Below, one piece after another: positions 52,844-64,000 of a DNA stretch of 64,000 nt (positions are counted from its first letter, which is position 1; each line of letters begins with the position of its first letter). Both the position numbers and the translations under genes were made by a program. Below the pieces are notes generated by a model. That model was given only the letters and a program-made list of their open reading frames with translations. It ran no database searches and had not been told where the DNA came from. The stretch spans positions 126,294,001 to 126,358,000 of the forward strand of contig OX597816.1 of the NCBI GenBank assembly GCA_951406725.2, in the 5' to 3' direction. Source of the stretch: Octopus vulgaris. Lineage: Eukaryota.

Positions 52844-53260
52844 CAGTGTGCATCAGTATTTTGAGGTCATTTGTAGGAATAAAGAAAAAGAAGTATAGCA
52901 CGTCAGAGAAAATCTTTATTTGAATGAAAATTGGTACAAATATTTTTGAGAGTCCTTTCAACACTTCTATCCAATAAATCCACCATTAGCCTTAATAATG
53001 GCTTCAGTTTGGGGTCTGAAGTGTTGACATGTACGAATGAGATGGTCTTTATAAATTTCGGACATAGTCTTTGTTATAGCACACTCAAGAGATTGAATGG
53101 TGTTATGAGAGTGTTGATTGACCTTTCTTTCGATGATACCCCAGATGTAATGGCCCAGTGGATTGAGGTCAGGTAAGCTAACAGGCCATGTGTCTGGAGT
53201 ATCATGACTGTGGAAATTGGCATGCATCCAAGCTTGGGTTGTTTTAGCCTTATGAGATGA
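52844..53260 (-). mobile_element. Tc1/mariner (maT/DD37D-like) transposase 3' relic
   Basis: SHKAKTTQAWM...WPVSLPDLNPLGHYIWGIIERKVNQHSHNTIQSL...HLIRTCQHFR...IIKANGGFI. Probable end TA-CAGTGTGCATC at ~52844. Confidence 0.8.
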
Positions 53261-53369
53261 GTACTATGTGCTCTACTTTGTCAGATATCTTAAACGTCTC
53301 ATTGACTGTTCCCGATGGGCAAGGTGTTTTTTCGTTTTGGCTTTACATCATTTATAGAAATTTGCTTGT

Positions 53370-53740
53370 AACCATTTAACTTATGAAGTGAAGAGCTGGT
53401 ACTTGGGGTAGATTCTTCTCTCTTCAATACATTCTCATCATTCAGCATCTTTTTGTAACACTTCCATCTCTTTTTATTTCCATTCACACTATGGGAAAAT
53501 GTGCCATTACTTTCCCATGCACACCAACAATTTCTTGGTTCTCTCTAATACAATATTTTGCAGTTCAGATCACTTTATGCCTCTGATCATTTTGCCAAAG
53601 AACATTGGCAAATCTCTTACTTTCTGCTTCTCTTACTAAGTATTCCTGACGTTTTAGCTACTCTCTGCTGTTCCTTTCCTTCCAGTTTTTTTCAGAGCTC
53701 TTCTCTTAGATTTTATGGCTCCATCTTCTGTAGGGATTAG
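53370..53740 (-). mobile_element. RTE LINE internal relic (APE-RT linker)
   Basis: Minus-strand YLVREAESKRFANVLWQNDQRHKV..TAKYCIRENQEIVG and KRWKCYKKMLNDENV. Confidence 0.6.
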
Positions 53741-55025
53741 TCAGTGAGTATATGATTGCACTGGATAATTATGCTTGTAATGCTGGATATGATTTTTTTC
53801 ATTTTTATATATCACTTTTTATTATTGCTTTCATTTGAAATAACTCCATAAAATATACAGCACATAATTCTAGATAGAACATATTAGCAAATAATGAACT
53901 TTATCAATATTATGAAATGAAGATTAGTGATTTATAAGTGGCAGTCAGTACGTTGAGATTACAATCTACTTGATTGATTAATTTTCTATTTTGTTTGATT
54001 TTGTTTCTCAAAGGCACATCTTTCATGATTGATTGCTAAAATAGCAATTACTTAAACTATAATAGTATTCATTTAATATGTATTCTAATATAGATGCAAT
54101 TGAAGTCCATAATCAATATACAAATCACAATCAGTCAGTAATTAAGAAATATTGGCCAAGACAGATTATTGGAAGTATGTTCTGCAGAAAAGAAAATGAC
54201 ACTTCATAAAACATTTGTCCAATTAATGGTAAAATTTAAAATATCTAGTTTTTTTTTTGCATAAATATCACAAAATAAATTTGAACATACCTTGAAAATT
54301 GCAAAACAATTGTCTTTACCTTTCATAATTTCTAGTCTTATTTCTTCATCCTTGCATTAACAGGGTTAGAAAATTGTTTCCTTGCATAATTTTTGCATAT
54401 GTTTGTGTATCCACCTGCTACAAATAACCTAAAAGCCAGTTTTGCTTGTTCTAAGATTAACTTCTCTGTAACTAAATTACCGCTACTTGTTTATTAGGTG
54501 AGGAAAATGAGTGCACATCAAACAGTACAAGAAAACAACTCTATTAAAATGTGTGTAAGCCATTTATTGCCTATTCATGTATGGAGAACAAATATGCATT
54601 CTCAAACTAACTGCCTATGAAACCATAATGATTTTCAAATATTACCCTATACCATAAACCATTTAACCTATACACATTATTTATATTCATAAAAATGATA
54701 TATATTTTTGTGACTTTAAGTTACATCAAATCATTCATTCATAATTTTGTAACTCATTCTTTAATCTGCGCTTCTCTGAAAACAGTTCCATATGTCTTCA
54801 GCATTCTCTTAGCACAGCATCCTTTCATCTTAAATAACTTTATGATATATTATCATTTTATCTCCAGCTGTGTAAGATGTTCTGCTTCCATGAGTTTTAT
54901 GAAAGCTAAAATTTAACATAAAATTAGCCTTTTATGATAAATAAAAACATTTTATTCCTCAAAACAGTGGCCTCTTAATTTTTTATTGTGAATGAAACCA
55001 TGATCTACATCATTCATTACATCTC

Positions 55026-55223
55026 AATATAAAATAGTGTACATTTAGTCACCAGAGAAACTGCCTTCAACAAGCAGTTTTACATGCTAGAAGTAGTCAA
55101 AATGACCAAAACCACATTTAAGAGCAAGGGTTAGGGTTAGTCATTTTGACTACTTCTTCTAGCATGTAAAAATGCTTGTTGAAGGCAGTTTCTCTGGTGT
55201 TTAAATGTACACTATTTTATATT
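55026..55223. repeat. Inverted repeat (81/84-bp arms, 33-bp spacer containing GGGTTAGGGTTAG)
   Basis: 55026-55106 versus 55140-55223: 3 substitutions and one 3-bp indel. Confidence 0.93.
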
Positions 55224-55325
55224 TAAAGTATGTTGTCTATTGACTTTTTATACATGCTAGGCCACTGGTAGTGAAATTTCTAAAAAAAAACTGCTACCTT
55301 ATATTTTCATTCATAAAATTTATAG

Positions 55326-55363
<38 letters not shown>

Positions 55364-55386
55364 GTAGTATATATATATATATATAT

Positions 55387-57613
55387 GATGGCCATCCACT
55401 CGTGACCGAGGAAGACCATTGCCGACCTTCAGGAACATTGTGCGCTCTAGGACTAACTTATATTTTGCATTTGCGGCTCTATTGGTGGCTAATGAGCCCT
55501 GCTCTTGACAAGCATACACGACTGCAAACATTGCAGACCAAGCTTTCCCCATTCATTATACGAGCCGTGCGATTTTGCGCAGCTCGCTTAAGTTCTTCAT
55601 GCTGGATACGTGCTCTCTCAAAAGTGTCGATCCCCTCCTTAAACTGCTTCCTGCATCTGTGGCGATGACAGGCATTGTTCTCCCTGTCAGTGTCCTGCAT
55701 ATCAAAGGCCTTTAACGAGGACTTGACACAGTCCTTAAATCGCAGCCTTGGTTTCTGCCGGAGTCTCCTTCCATTCACAAGTTCTCCATAGAGCATCTGC
55801 TTAGGAATCCTTCTATCCTCCATTCTAATAAGGTGTCCAGTCCAATGCAACCGGTGCTTGTGTACCATCGCCTCAATACTCAAGATATCAGCTATCCTCA
55901 GGATCTGTCTGTCTGGAATTTTTGAGGTCCAGCCAACATTGAGAATGTGTCTGAGACATCTCTGATGAAAACGTTCAAGGACCCTTACCTGACGTTTGTA
56001 CAGAGTCCATGTCTCACATGAGTAGAGAGAGAAGCGATGTCAGTACACAAGCACGGTACACAGCAACTTTTGTTCTCCTTGCGATGCCATATTGGGACCA
56101 GACACGAGACTGAAGAGACTGGAAGGAATTAGTTGCTCTCTGCAACCTGAAAGATATTTCCTCATCCAGGGAGCAAGAACATCTGAGTGTGCTGCCCAGG
56201 TAGACAAACTTGTCTACTACCTTCAGAATTGTTCCTTCAACCATGATAGCTGGTTCTATATATGGATTTCCTGGTGCAGGCTGGAACATTGCAACAGTCT
56301 TGTCCAGGCTAATGCTGAGTCCAAATGCCCTGCAAGAAGCAGAAATGCAATTCATGAGTATTTGCATGTCATCCACTGTATGAGTGACTAAGTCACAGTC
56401 ATCTGCATAAAGGAGGTCACGAATAATAGACTGGGAAACCTTTGAATTAGCAGCAAATTGGCGAAGATTAAAGAGGCGGCCAGAAGATCGATATCTGACA
56501 TATATTCCCAGAGAGCTAACCTTAGCAAAAGCATGAGTAAAAGTAGCAGCAAAGTACAAAGAAAAGAGAATTGAGGCAAGAATGTCACCCTGCTTAACAC
56601 CATTCTCTACAGGAATGGGTCCCGCCATGGCACCACCAACATTGACCCAAGCCTCCACCCCATCATGAAATGATTTAATTATAGATACAAAGTGATCCGG
56701 ACATCCAAGTTTGCCAAGTATTTTCCATAGAAAGGCCCTATTTACAGTATCAAAGACCTTAGTTAAATCAATGAATACCTGGACAAGATCCATATTCTGC
56801 TCATAGCACTTCTCCTGCATCTGTCTTGCTGTGAAAATCATATCCATTGTCCCTCTACCAGATTGGAAGCCACATTGAGATTCAGATAGGACATCATTTA
56901 CGAGACACCCATTCAGATGGGTAAGAAGAATATTTGCCAGAACCTTACCAGCAGCTGATAGTAGAGCAATACCTCTGTAGTTACCACACATTGTTCTGGC
57001 TCCTTTTCCTTTATATAGAGGAAGAATAATTGCATCCTTCCAGTCCTTAGGGATTGCACCATCCCTCCAGACTGCACTAATAAGTTCATGAAGGGACTGT
57101 GTGATGCAATTACCACCAAATCGCAAGACCTCAGCACAAATTCCATCCTTTCCAGGTGCCCTACCAAGATTCAATTTACTTATTGATGACATTACTTCAT
57201 GTATTGATGGCGAGGAGTCTAAGGAGTCAATGATAGGTCTTTGTTTCATAGTATCAATCACTGTTTTATCCACAACTGACTAATGGTTTAGGAGTTCGAT
57301 TCAGCGACCTGTGATTTCTGTTGATTTAGTAAACAGTGTAAGACTCCTTGGAAAGCAAAGGAGCTGATGTGGAGCTCTTAGGTCCATAAGCTCGCTTCAT
57401 AAGATGGTAAAGCTTCTTGCTGTCATTTGCATCAGCAGCAGCCTGAACATCACGAGCAAGATCCTCCCACCAAGTGTTTTGCATCTTCCTGAGAGATCGC
57501 TGCAGTAGTGATTTTACACTGTTATAGTGGGCAAGTGCTAGACTTCGCTGCACAGTAGACAGTTCTCTGTGCAGCAACACACTGTGGGCATGGCGCTTCA
57601 CCACTAATAGTCG
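55387..57613 (-). mobile_element. 5'-truncated RTE (BovB-like) LINE with a well-preserved reverse transcriptase
   Basis: Three consecutive frameshifted ORF pieces, C-terminal CNVCSRVCLSRAGLISH motif, (TA)n on both sides, and GC content well above the flanks. Confidence 0.93.
56014..57273 (-). pseudogene. Non-LTR reverse transcriptase domain (419-aa open segment of a disrupted RTE ORF)
   Basis: RAPGKDGI, NYRGIALLS..GKVLA, ESQCGFQSGRGTMDMIF, FIDLTKVFDTVNR, GVKQGD, LLYADD and FVYLGS. No APE domain; frameshifts on both sides. Confidence 0.92.
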
Positions 57614-59424
57614 TTATATATATATATACATACACATATATATATTCACATATGTCTCTTTATGCATATAAATATACATTTGTATCTGTTTTATATGCAA
57701 ATATGTACACACACACACAGTCATTTTTTATATCAAAAGCTTAGCAAAATTTGGCAAGAGAAACTTGAATTACTGCTGTAGTTAATAAAGATATATACTC
57801 TTCTTCATGTATTGAATTGTATACTGCCCATTTGCAAAAACCAAACATACATTTACATAAAGAGTTCTGGTTTTCATGTTTTTATCTTTAACTCACTCTT
57901 CTTCGCTTCTTTCTTCCTCTCTCCCTCTGTGTGTGTGTGTAGAGAGAGAGAGTGTTTGTGTGTGAATGAACTGGAACTTATAATTTAGATTTGGCTCATC
58001 AACATTTCAGAGATAAGTGGTGTGTCTTCTCTGTTTTAGAAGCAACAAGTTTTACTGCATCCTGTCCTAAAAATTACTTTCCCTAAAACCTAAATGACCA
58101 ACAGTTTGTTTTAAGGAAAGGCAATTATAAAAACAGGATGCTGTAAAACTTTTCTGATGGTACTTGAAGTTTAAAAACCATCTCATAGTTTCTCTATTTA
58201 TTGACATTCTATGGAATTAATCTTGATTTTAAAAGCAAACATAAATTTTTGAAACACTCTATGTGTTTAAATTGATAAAACTAAGATGAAACAAAATTAA
58301 CTGTAAGAAAACATATTGTAAATTCTAAGGTAGATCGCTAGAATGATTTACAAGTTGTGTATTATAAATATAAAATGATGATTTATTGGTTAACACATTG
58401 AAGCATTAATAAGTCTTTTACACGAGAAGAAAATGTATTTAAAAAAAGAAGAGCAGATATTTTGGATTCATAAAATTATCCATTTTTGAAAATTACTTTT
58501 GTTCAAAAAATAAAAATGAAAATTTAAATAATTACTCATTAATGTTTCAGTTATTTTTCTCTCAAATTTAACCAATGGAGTTTTCCTTTATATTATTTTA
58601 TAGTCGCTTTGCTAAATTGACTACTGATAAAAATCATTTTCATGAAACATAAAGGATGCAAATGGCACACGCTCCTCACAAGTTCACTGACTACTGTCTA
58701 TAAACAGAAGTCATTAAAACAATGTAATTAGAATTTAATTAAATTATAAAAAATGTTTATTTGAGTTTTAAATTACAGTTACTCTCCTTATGTAGATTTC
58801 TAAAATTTGTTCTGAAGGAATTTGATTTTGAGCCCTTAAAATTTAGGACATTTATATTTCTCAAGGATACACACTTTTTTTAGAAAATCAGTAGCATCTG
58901 AGGAAATTACTTATATTCTGTGTCAAAAAACTATAATATAAATAATAAAACTGAAATAGATATACCATATTCACTGTTGGTAATGAAAAAATTAAGGAAG
59001 TGGAGGATAGCTATTGTGTAAAGGAAATAACACATTTCATCAAACTCAGGAAAAAAATGATGAGTTTTTACTATATAGTCATTAGAAATAAAGAAATTGT
59101 GAGAAGGAGATGATGGTTCTTGTGTGTAGGATGATAAAAAGAAAAGTCAAGATAGTTGATAATAAAAAGAGAAGAAAATGTGAGAGATATCAGCAGTGGC
59201 AATGCTTTTAAAGAAAGAAGTATCAGAGATGGTAACAGTAAAGTATATGTATATATGTGTGTGTGTGTGTGTCTGTATGAGTGCTTGTGCAAATGAGAAG
59301 GTATTTCCTTCATCTACACATGTGTTTGTTTTCTTATTGTAAGCAAAAAATTCATTCATATAGCATCTATTGTTTCCAATTAATAATTTCAACATGTCTA
59401 CATTTGTTGCTTAATAGACTCGGA

Positions 59425-59556
59425 GATTATTACTTGACTTGGAGAAAAGTGAGTGTGTAGCAATAGGAAGGGCATCTGGCCATAGAAACCTTTGTCCTAA
59501 TTTATTCTCATCTGACCCATGAAAGCATGGAAAAGTGGATGTTAAAATGATGATGA
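59425..59556 (+). mobile_element. RTE-type 3' tail fragment (LINE or SINE)
   Basis: AGGAAGGGCATCTGGCCATAGAAACC...GCATGGAAAAGTGGATGTTAAAATGATGATGAT. Confidence 0.65.
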
Positions 59557-62500
59557 TAGTGTTGGTGGTTGGATGAATGAAAGAAATGAAAGCAGTGGGT
59601 TCATCTTTAGAGATTACAAATATAGTTACCACTGTAATGATTATAGAATACTGGGATATGTCCAGAAAACTGGGCAATGGCCTGGGTTTTACTGCCTCAT
59701 CCCAATAGTTTGTAGATACATAGTGCCAGAAAATCAGAACAGTTGAGGTTAAGGACAAGTTTTGTTAAACAAAGGACAGTGGTGGTGCTGCAGTTGATGT
59801 AAAGTATATTTTCTTTCAGTGGTAACTATTTATCTTTGACTTTCAAGCTTCATAGCTCCAAATCAGAAGGAACCAGTATGAATGGCATTTTGGAGGAGTT
59901 TTGTATTATTGAAGCTGTTACATTGTTTATTTTTTAAATACTCCCTGTTTCTCAAGAAATTAAGGATATTTTAAATAAATAAATGATAATTTACCAACCA
60001 TGTTCCATGCTGGCATGGGTCGGATGGTTTGACATGATCAAGCAGGTCTTATGACTTGCATCATGCTCCCCTCTAGTGAGATGGTTTTGTGTAGTGAGAA
60101 AGATAAGTGATATTTGTGCATTTCTGGCTGCCAAGTAAGTCTGTATATTTAGCCAAGAAGTGACAGTGTTTATAGTTTATTTGATACTTCCTATGTTTGT
60201 GAGCTCAATTTTGATTTTAAAAAAGGTATTTGTTGTTGCTGTTGTGTAAGCATAAGTCTTCTGTAGTTGAGTGTATGCAGAAACAAAGGCAATCCAGCCA
60301 TGACCATGTCTTTTTTTTTATATCCAGGTTTTCACTGTTCAATGTATCCATAGTTGCTTCACTTTTGATTTCCTATTCATAATTTGTGCAGTGGCTATAG
60401 TAGTCTCATATATTTCTCATATCACATAAATGGAAAGAGGAAAACTTTTATAAATGACCTCAGTGATGCCAGAATCTAAGAGAATGAAATTTATGGATAC
60501 TTTAAAGGTATTACAAATTAAGCTGTTCAAACCAAAAATTTAATTTGCTATTATATTTTGTGCTACAATAGTTATCTTTCTATGCTTTTGGATGTCTTGA
60601 ACAATCATTAAATCTCTGTAAATCTTCATTCCTTATGTTAAAATAATCACCTATGTGAGTATATTTGTATGTGTGTATTTAAGTGTGTTCATTTACATAT
60701 GCATGTTTCATCTTTCCCAAATGGTTCTTTTATTATTTCTATATTTCTTTTATTCATTTCAAGTTGTGATTATTCAATAAAAGCCAGTCTTTTGAAGAAG
60801 TGTGTTTTGATATTTACTTTCCTGAAAGTATTGTGGTCATCTCTTTTTTGAGAAGCATATTGTTGAAGATTTTAGCAATAATGAATGTTGAAATCTAAAG
60901 AATTTAAAGAATAATAGAAAAGGATATGAAATTCTAAAGGAAGGGCAAAGTATAGAAATGACACACCTTCAACAAAATGATGAAAAGATTTGATAATTTA
61001 CAAAGAGATTAGGATGTACATATTCATAGAAAAGTACTTGCAGCATTTGTATTCTTTTAGAAATACATGAAATTTATCATGCACATTTCTTTAAGGCTGT
61101 AAACAATCTAAAAAAAATTAGAGCAACTGTCATTTGAAAATAAAATATACCTAAATCTATTGAGTTTCATATCACATCTGGTTATATATTATATTATAAT
61201 GCAAAATTTTCAACTTAGAAATTATTTATTTCCTCTAATTAGTTTATTTCCTTTTATAATTATATTTATTCATTTTTTTATTCTTTTGAGTGTACTTCAC
61301 ATCACAGATTTTCTTTGTAAATAAGAAAAACTGTTTTGCATCTTAATTTAATACATTTTAAACTGTTTTAATACTCCTAAGTGACAAGTGATTCTTATTT
61401 AAGAAAATAAATAACTAGGTAATGATAAGAAGACTGTATGATGCATATAAGAGAATATCTAGTTTGACAGTAGCATAGTAAATGAAAATCATTTATAAGG
61501 AGGATTCATTGATTTTTTGAAGTTATATAGCAGAGTTTTTATACTTAAAAAAACAACAACAATAAATAAATGAATATTTGTGAATGTCTCCTATAAATTT
61601 GCAATTCTGAATTGCTAGAAAAATCAATAATTTATGTGTCTACACCAGATTTTATTTTGTTTATCATCATTCATATGTTTACAATACAACAAATGCAAAT
61701 TGATTTTGTTAAAAAATATTATAGATGGCACATATAGTATTTTTCAATTATACTCTTTGAAAGAAAATATGCTAATAAGATGATCTCAAAGAAAAAAAAA
61801 AACAAACAAATTCAGAAGCAATGAATAAAGTTATAAATGGTAAATGAAACATGGTACCGTAAAAGGCCAATCATAGAAATCTAAAATGTAAAAGTGGATT
61901 TGAAGAAAACAAAAAATTTTGGCTTTTAAGTAATCTAAAATCTTGATTTGCAGTGTATTGTCTAAAGGAATACAAAATTTTAATCAGATATTCTTAGTAT
62001 TCCAAAATATGCAAAAATTAGTGTATGTAAATATAACTGGTTTCTGTTTTTCAAGCAAGAGCTAATTATTTCTAAGGCAAGGGTGTTGCTGATTAAATTG
62101 TTGACAAGATATTTGAATACATTTTGCAAGCTCTTTGTTGAGTGAAAAAAGTTGTTTTTTTTCCTAATTTCACAAGGTATTGTATAGAACAATACACATC
62201 ACTGATTTGGCAATGCAGTGATTTTATTCCACCTAGCTTTCCTGTTTGGTTCAAAATATCCAACAGTTAACTTCAATATTATGTTGCATACATTTACCAT
62301 TAATTTCATTGTGTTTGGACTAAATGTTGTGATACTTTCATTTAAAATTCAATTACAAATGTTAATACATGATAAATATAATTAGCTTAACGACTTGTTG
62401 GGTGTTCCCATAGTACTTACATATCTTTCATCTATACCAATAAAATTGCCACAAACATGTTTGTTAATGATACATATAACCTTAATGTTTTGAGTAAAAT

Positions 62501-62635
62501 AAGGAGTTTAGATATTTGTATATTTTGTACACATATTGGTGGAATATGCAAAGTTATTGCAGTAGAGGACAGTAATTATGTTGCATGATTTGTTTCTAAA
62601 GATGGAGAAAAAATTTATAGTATATGTATACATTA

Positions 62636-62672
<37 letters not shown>

Positions 62673-62712
62673 CACACACACACATGTTAATATATATACA
62701 TTAATATACATA

Positions 62713-62748
<36 letters not shown>

Positions 62749-62900
62749 TATATGCATATATATATATGCATATGTGTGTATATATGCATATGCATACACA
62801 CACACAAATGTACGTTTCTGTACATGTTTCAAAATTCAAACATTTTTTCAAATCAGTTCTCTTAGTTGAGATTCCTGCGGCCAAATAACTATGTAAAAAG

Positions 62901-62946
<46 letters not shown>

Positions 62947-62948
<2 letters not shown>

Positions 62949-63280
62949 TATGTGTATTTTTCCCTTGTTAATAATTATCACTGAAAAGATAGATAGTTAC
63001 CAGGGTAGCAAAAACTCACACAAGTAAAAAGGTTGTAGCTCCTTGTTTTTAAATGTAGAAACTCTGACTTTACTTGAAATATTTTGTATAATATATATAA
63101 ATAAATAAATGGAGTTAAACGCTGATGTTTTACTTCCGACACATGTTTCAAAGATATCACTGGTATTATGCCTAAGGAATAAAATGGTGTAAAACAATGT
63201 AATCTTCTCTTCAGGGAAATGAAGAAATGAAACTCGTCAATAAGACATTTTAACAGAATATGATGAGTATGTATAGTGAT
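62947..63280 (-). mobile_element. Hammerhead-bearing (TA)n-inserted element, copy 2
   Basis: Homologous to 10824-11180, with (TA)n on both sides. Confidence 0.75.
63133..63219 (-). ncRNA. Type I hammerhead ribozyme fold with a canonical core
   Basis: Minus strand: TTTCC-CTGAAGA-GAAGAT...ATCTTT-GAAA-C ATGT G-TC^GGAAG. Complete CUGANGA/GAAA/NUH core with stems I, II and a minimal stem III. Confidence 0.75.
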
Positions 63281-63300
63281 ATATATATATATATATATAT

Positions 63301-63430
63301 ATAAAAGTAAATAAATGGCACAACAAAGTACCGATATTTACTGGAAAATAGCGAACGTAATAAATATTTATTACGTTCGCTATTTTCCAGTAAATATCGG
63401 TACTTCGTTGTGCCATTTATTTACTTTTAT
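63301..63430. repeat. 130-bp loopless palindrome (65-bp arms, 1 mismatch) within a (TA)n-flanked insert (63301-63491)
   Basis: Centre CGTAATAAAT|ATTTATTACG between 63365 and 63366. Confidence 0.97.
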
Positions 63431-64000
63431 GTATAATTTTACCCTCACGGGCTATCCTTTACTGGAAAGCAATACTCTCGTATTGCATTACTATATATAT
63501 ATATATGTATATATATATGCCCCAGCATGACCACATCCTTGAAGCTGAAATGTAAAAGAAAAAAGAGAATGTCACAGTGTCAGAAACTAAAAAATTACTA
63601 GGCAATAGAATACTTGTTTGTATTAGATAATCAACTCATATTTCAGTACTTTAATTTTGTGTCAAAATTTTACCCACACTAATATATTCTTTCACCTATT
63701 GAAAAGTATTTGGTATGGCTTATGAAAGAATAAGCTATATCTATCAGGTGAACTATATCTGGTAACTAGATCTATGATATGAAAAGTAAATAATACATCT
63801 CTCTTATAAATCCTTGTAACTAATCCATCTCACCAGTGAGAATGATATTAACACCTTTTTTTTTTCAAGATAAAAGAATAGGATATTTTATCTAAAAATA
63901 CTGGATTTTGGATGATTTAATCCTTTCTACATAAAAGCATTCATCTGCACTTTGTTTTGACTGAGTGCAAATTATTACTAATATGAAACAATATTCATAA

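Overview
AT-rich eukaryotic DNA, most likely an octopod (coleoid cephalopod) genome. This is inferred from the octopus-type tRNA-derived SINEs, RTE LINE tails ending in (GAT)n and dense (TA)n/(CA)n/(TATG)n microsatellites. No host protein-coding gene is recognisable, and most long ORFs in the track are microsatellite artefacts. The window is intergenic or lies in a large intron and is full of transposon relics: RTE (including a well-preserved BovB-like RT), CR1, GalEa-like copia, mariner, maT-like Tc1/mariner, pogo, a Helentron-like element and SINEs. The most notable signals are: (1) two diverged copies of a ~340-360 bp (TA)n-inserted element, each carrying a type I hammerhead ribozyme fold on the minus strand, plus a third degenerate hammerhead-like insert (Penelope-like or retrozyme-like); and (2) five long fold-back or inverted duplications, including near-perfect 177-bp and 65-bp hairpins sitting in (TA)n, one with telomeric TTAGGG at its junction, and one that copies a mariner terminal inverted repeat (TIR) together with its flank. 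All assignments were made by eye, without database searches.
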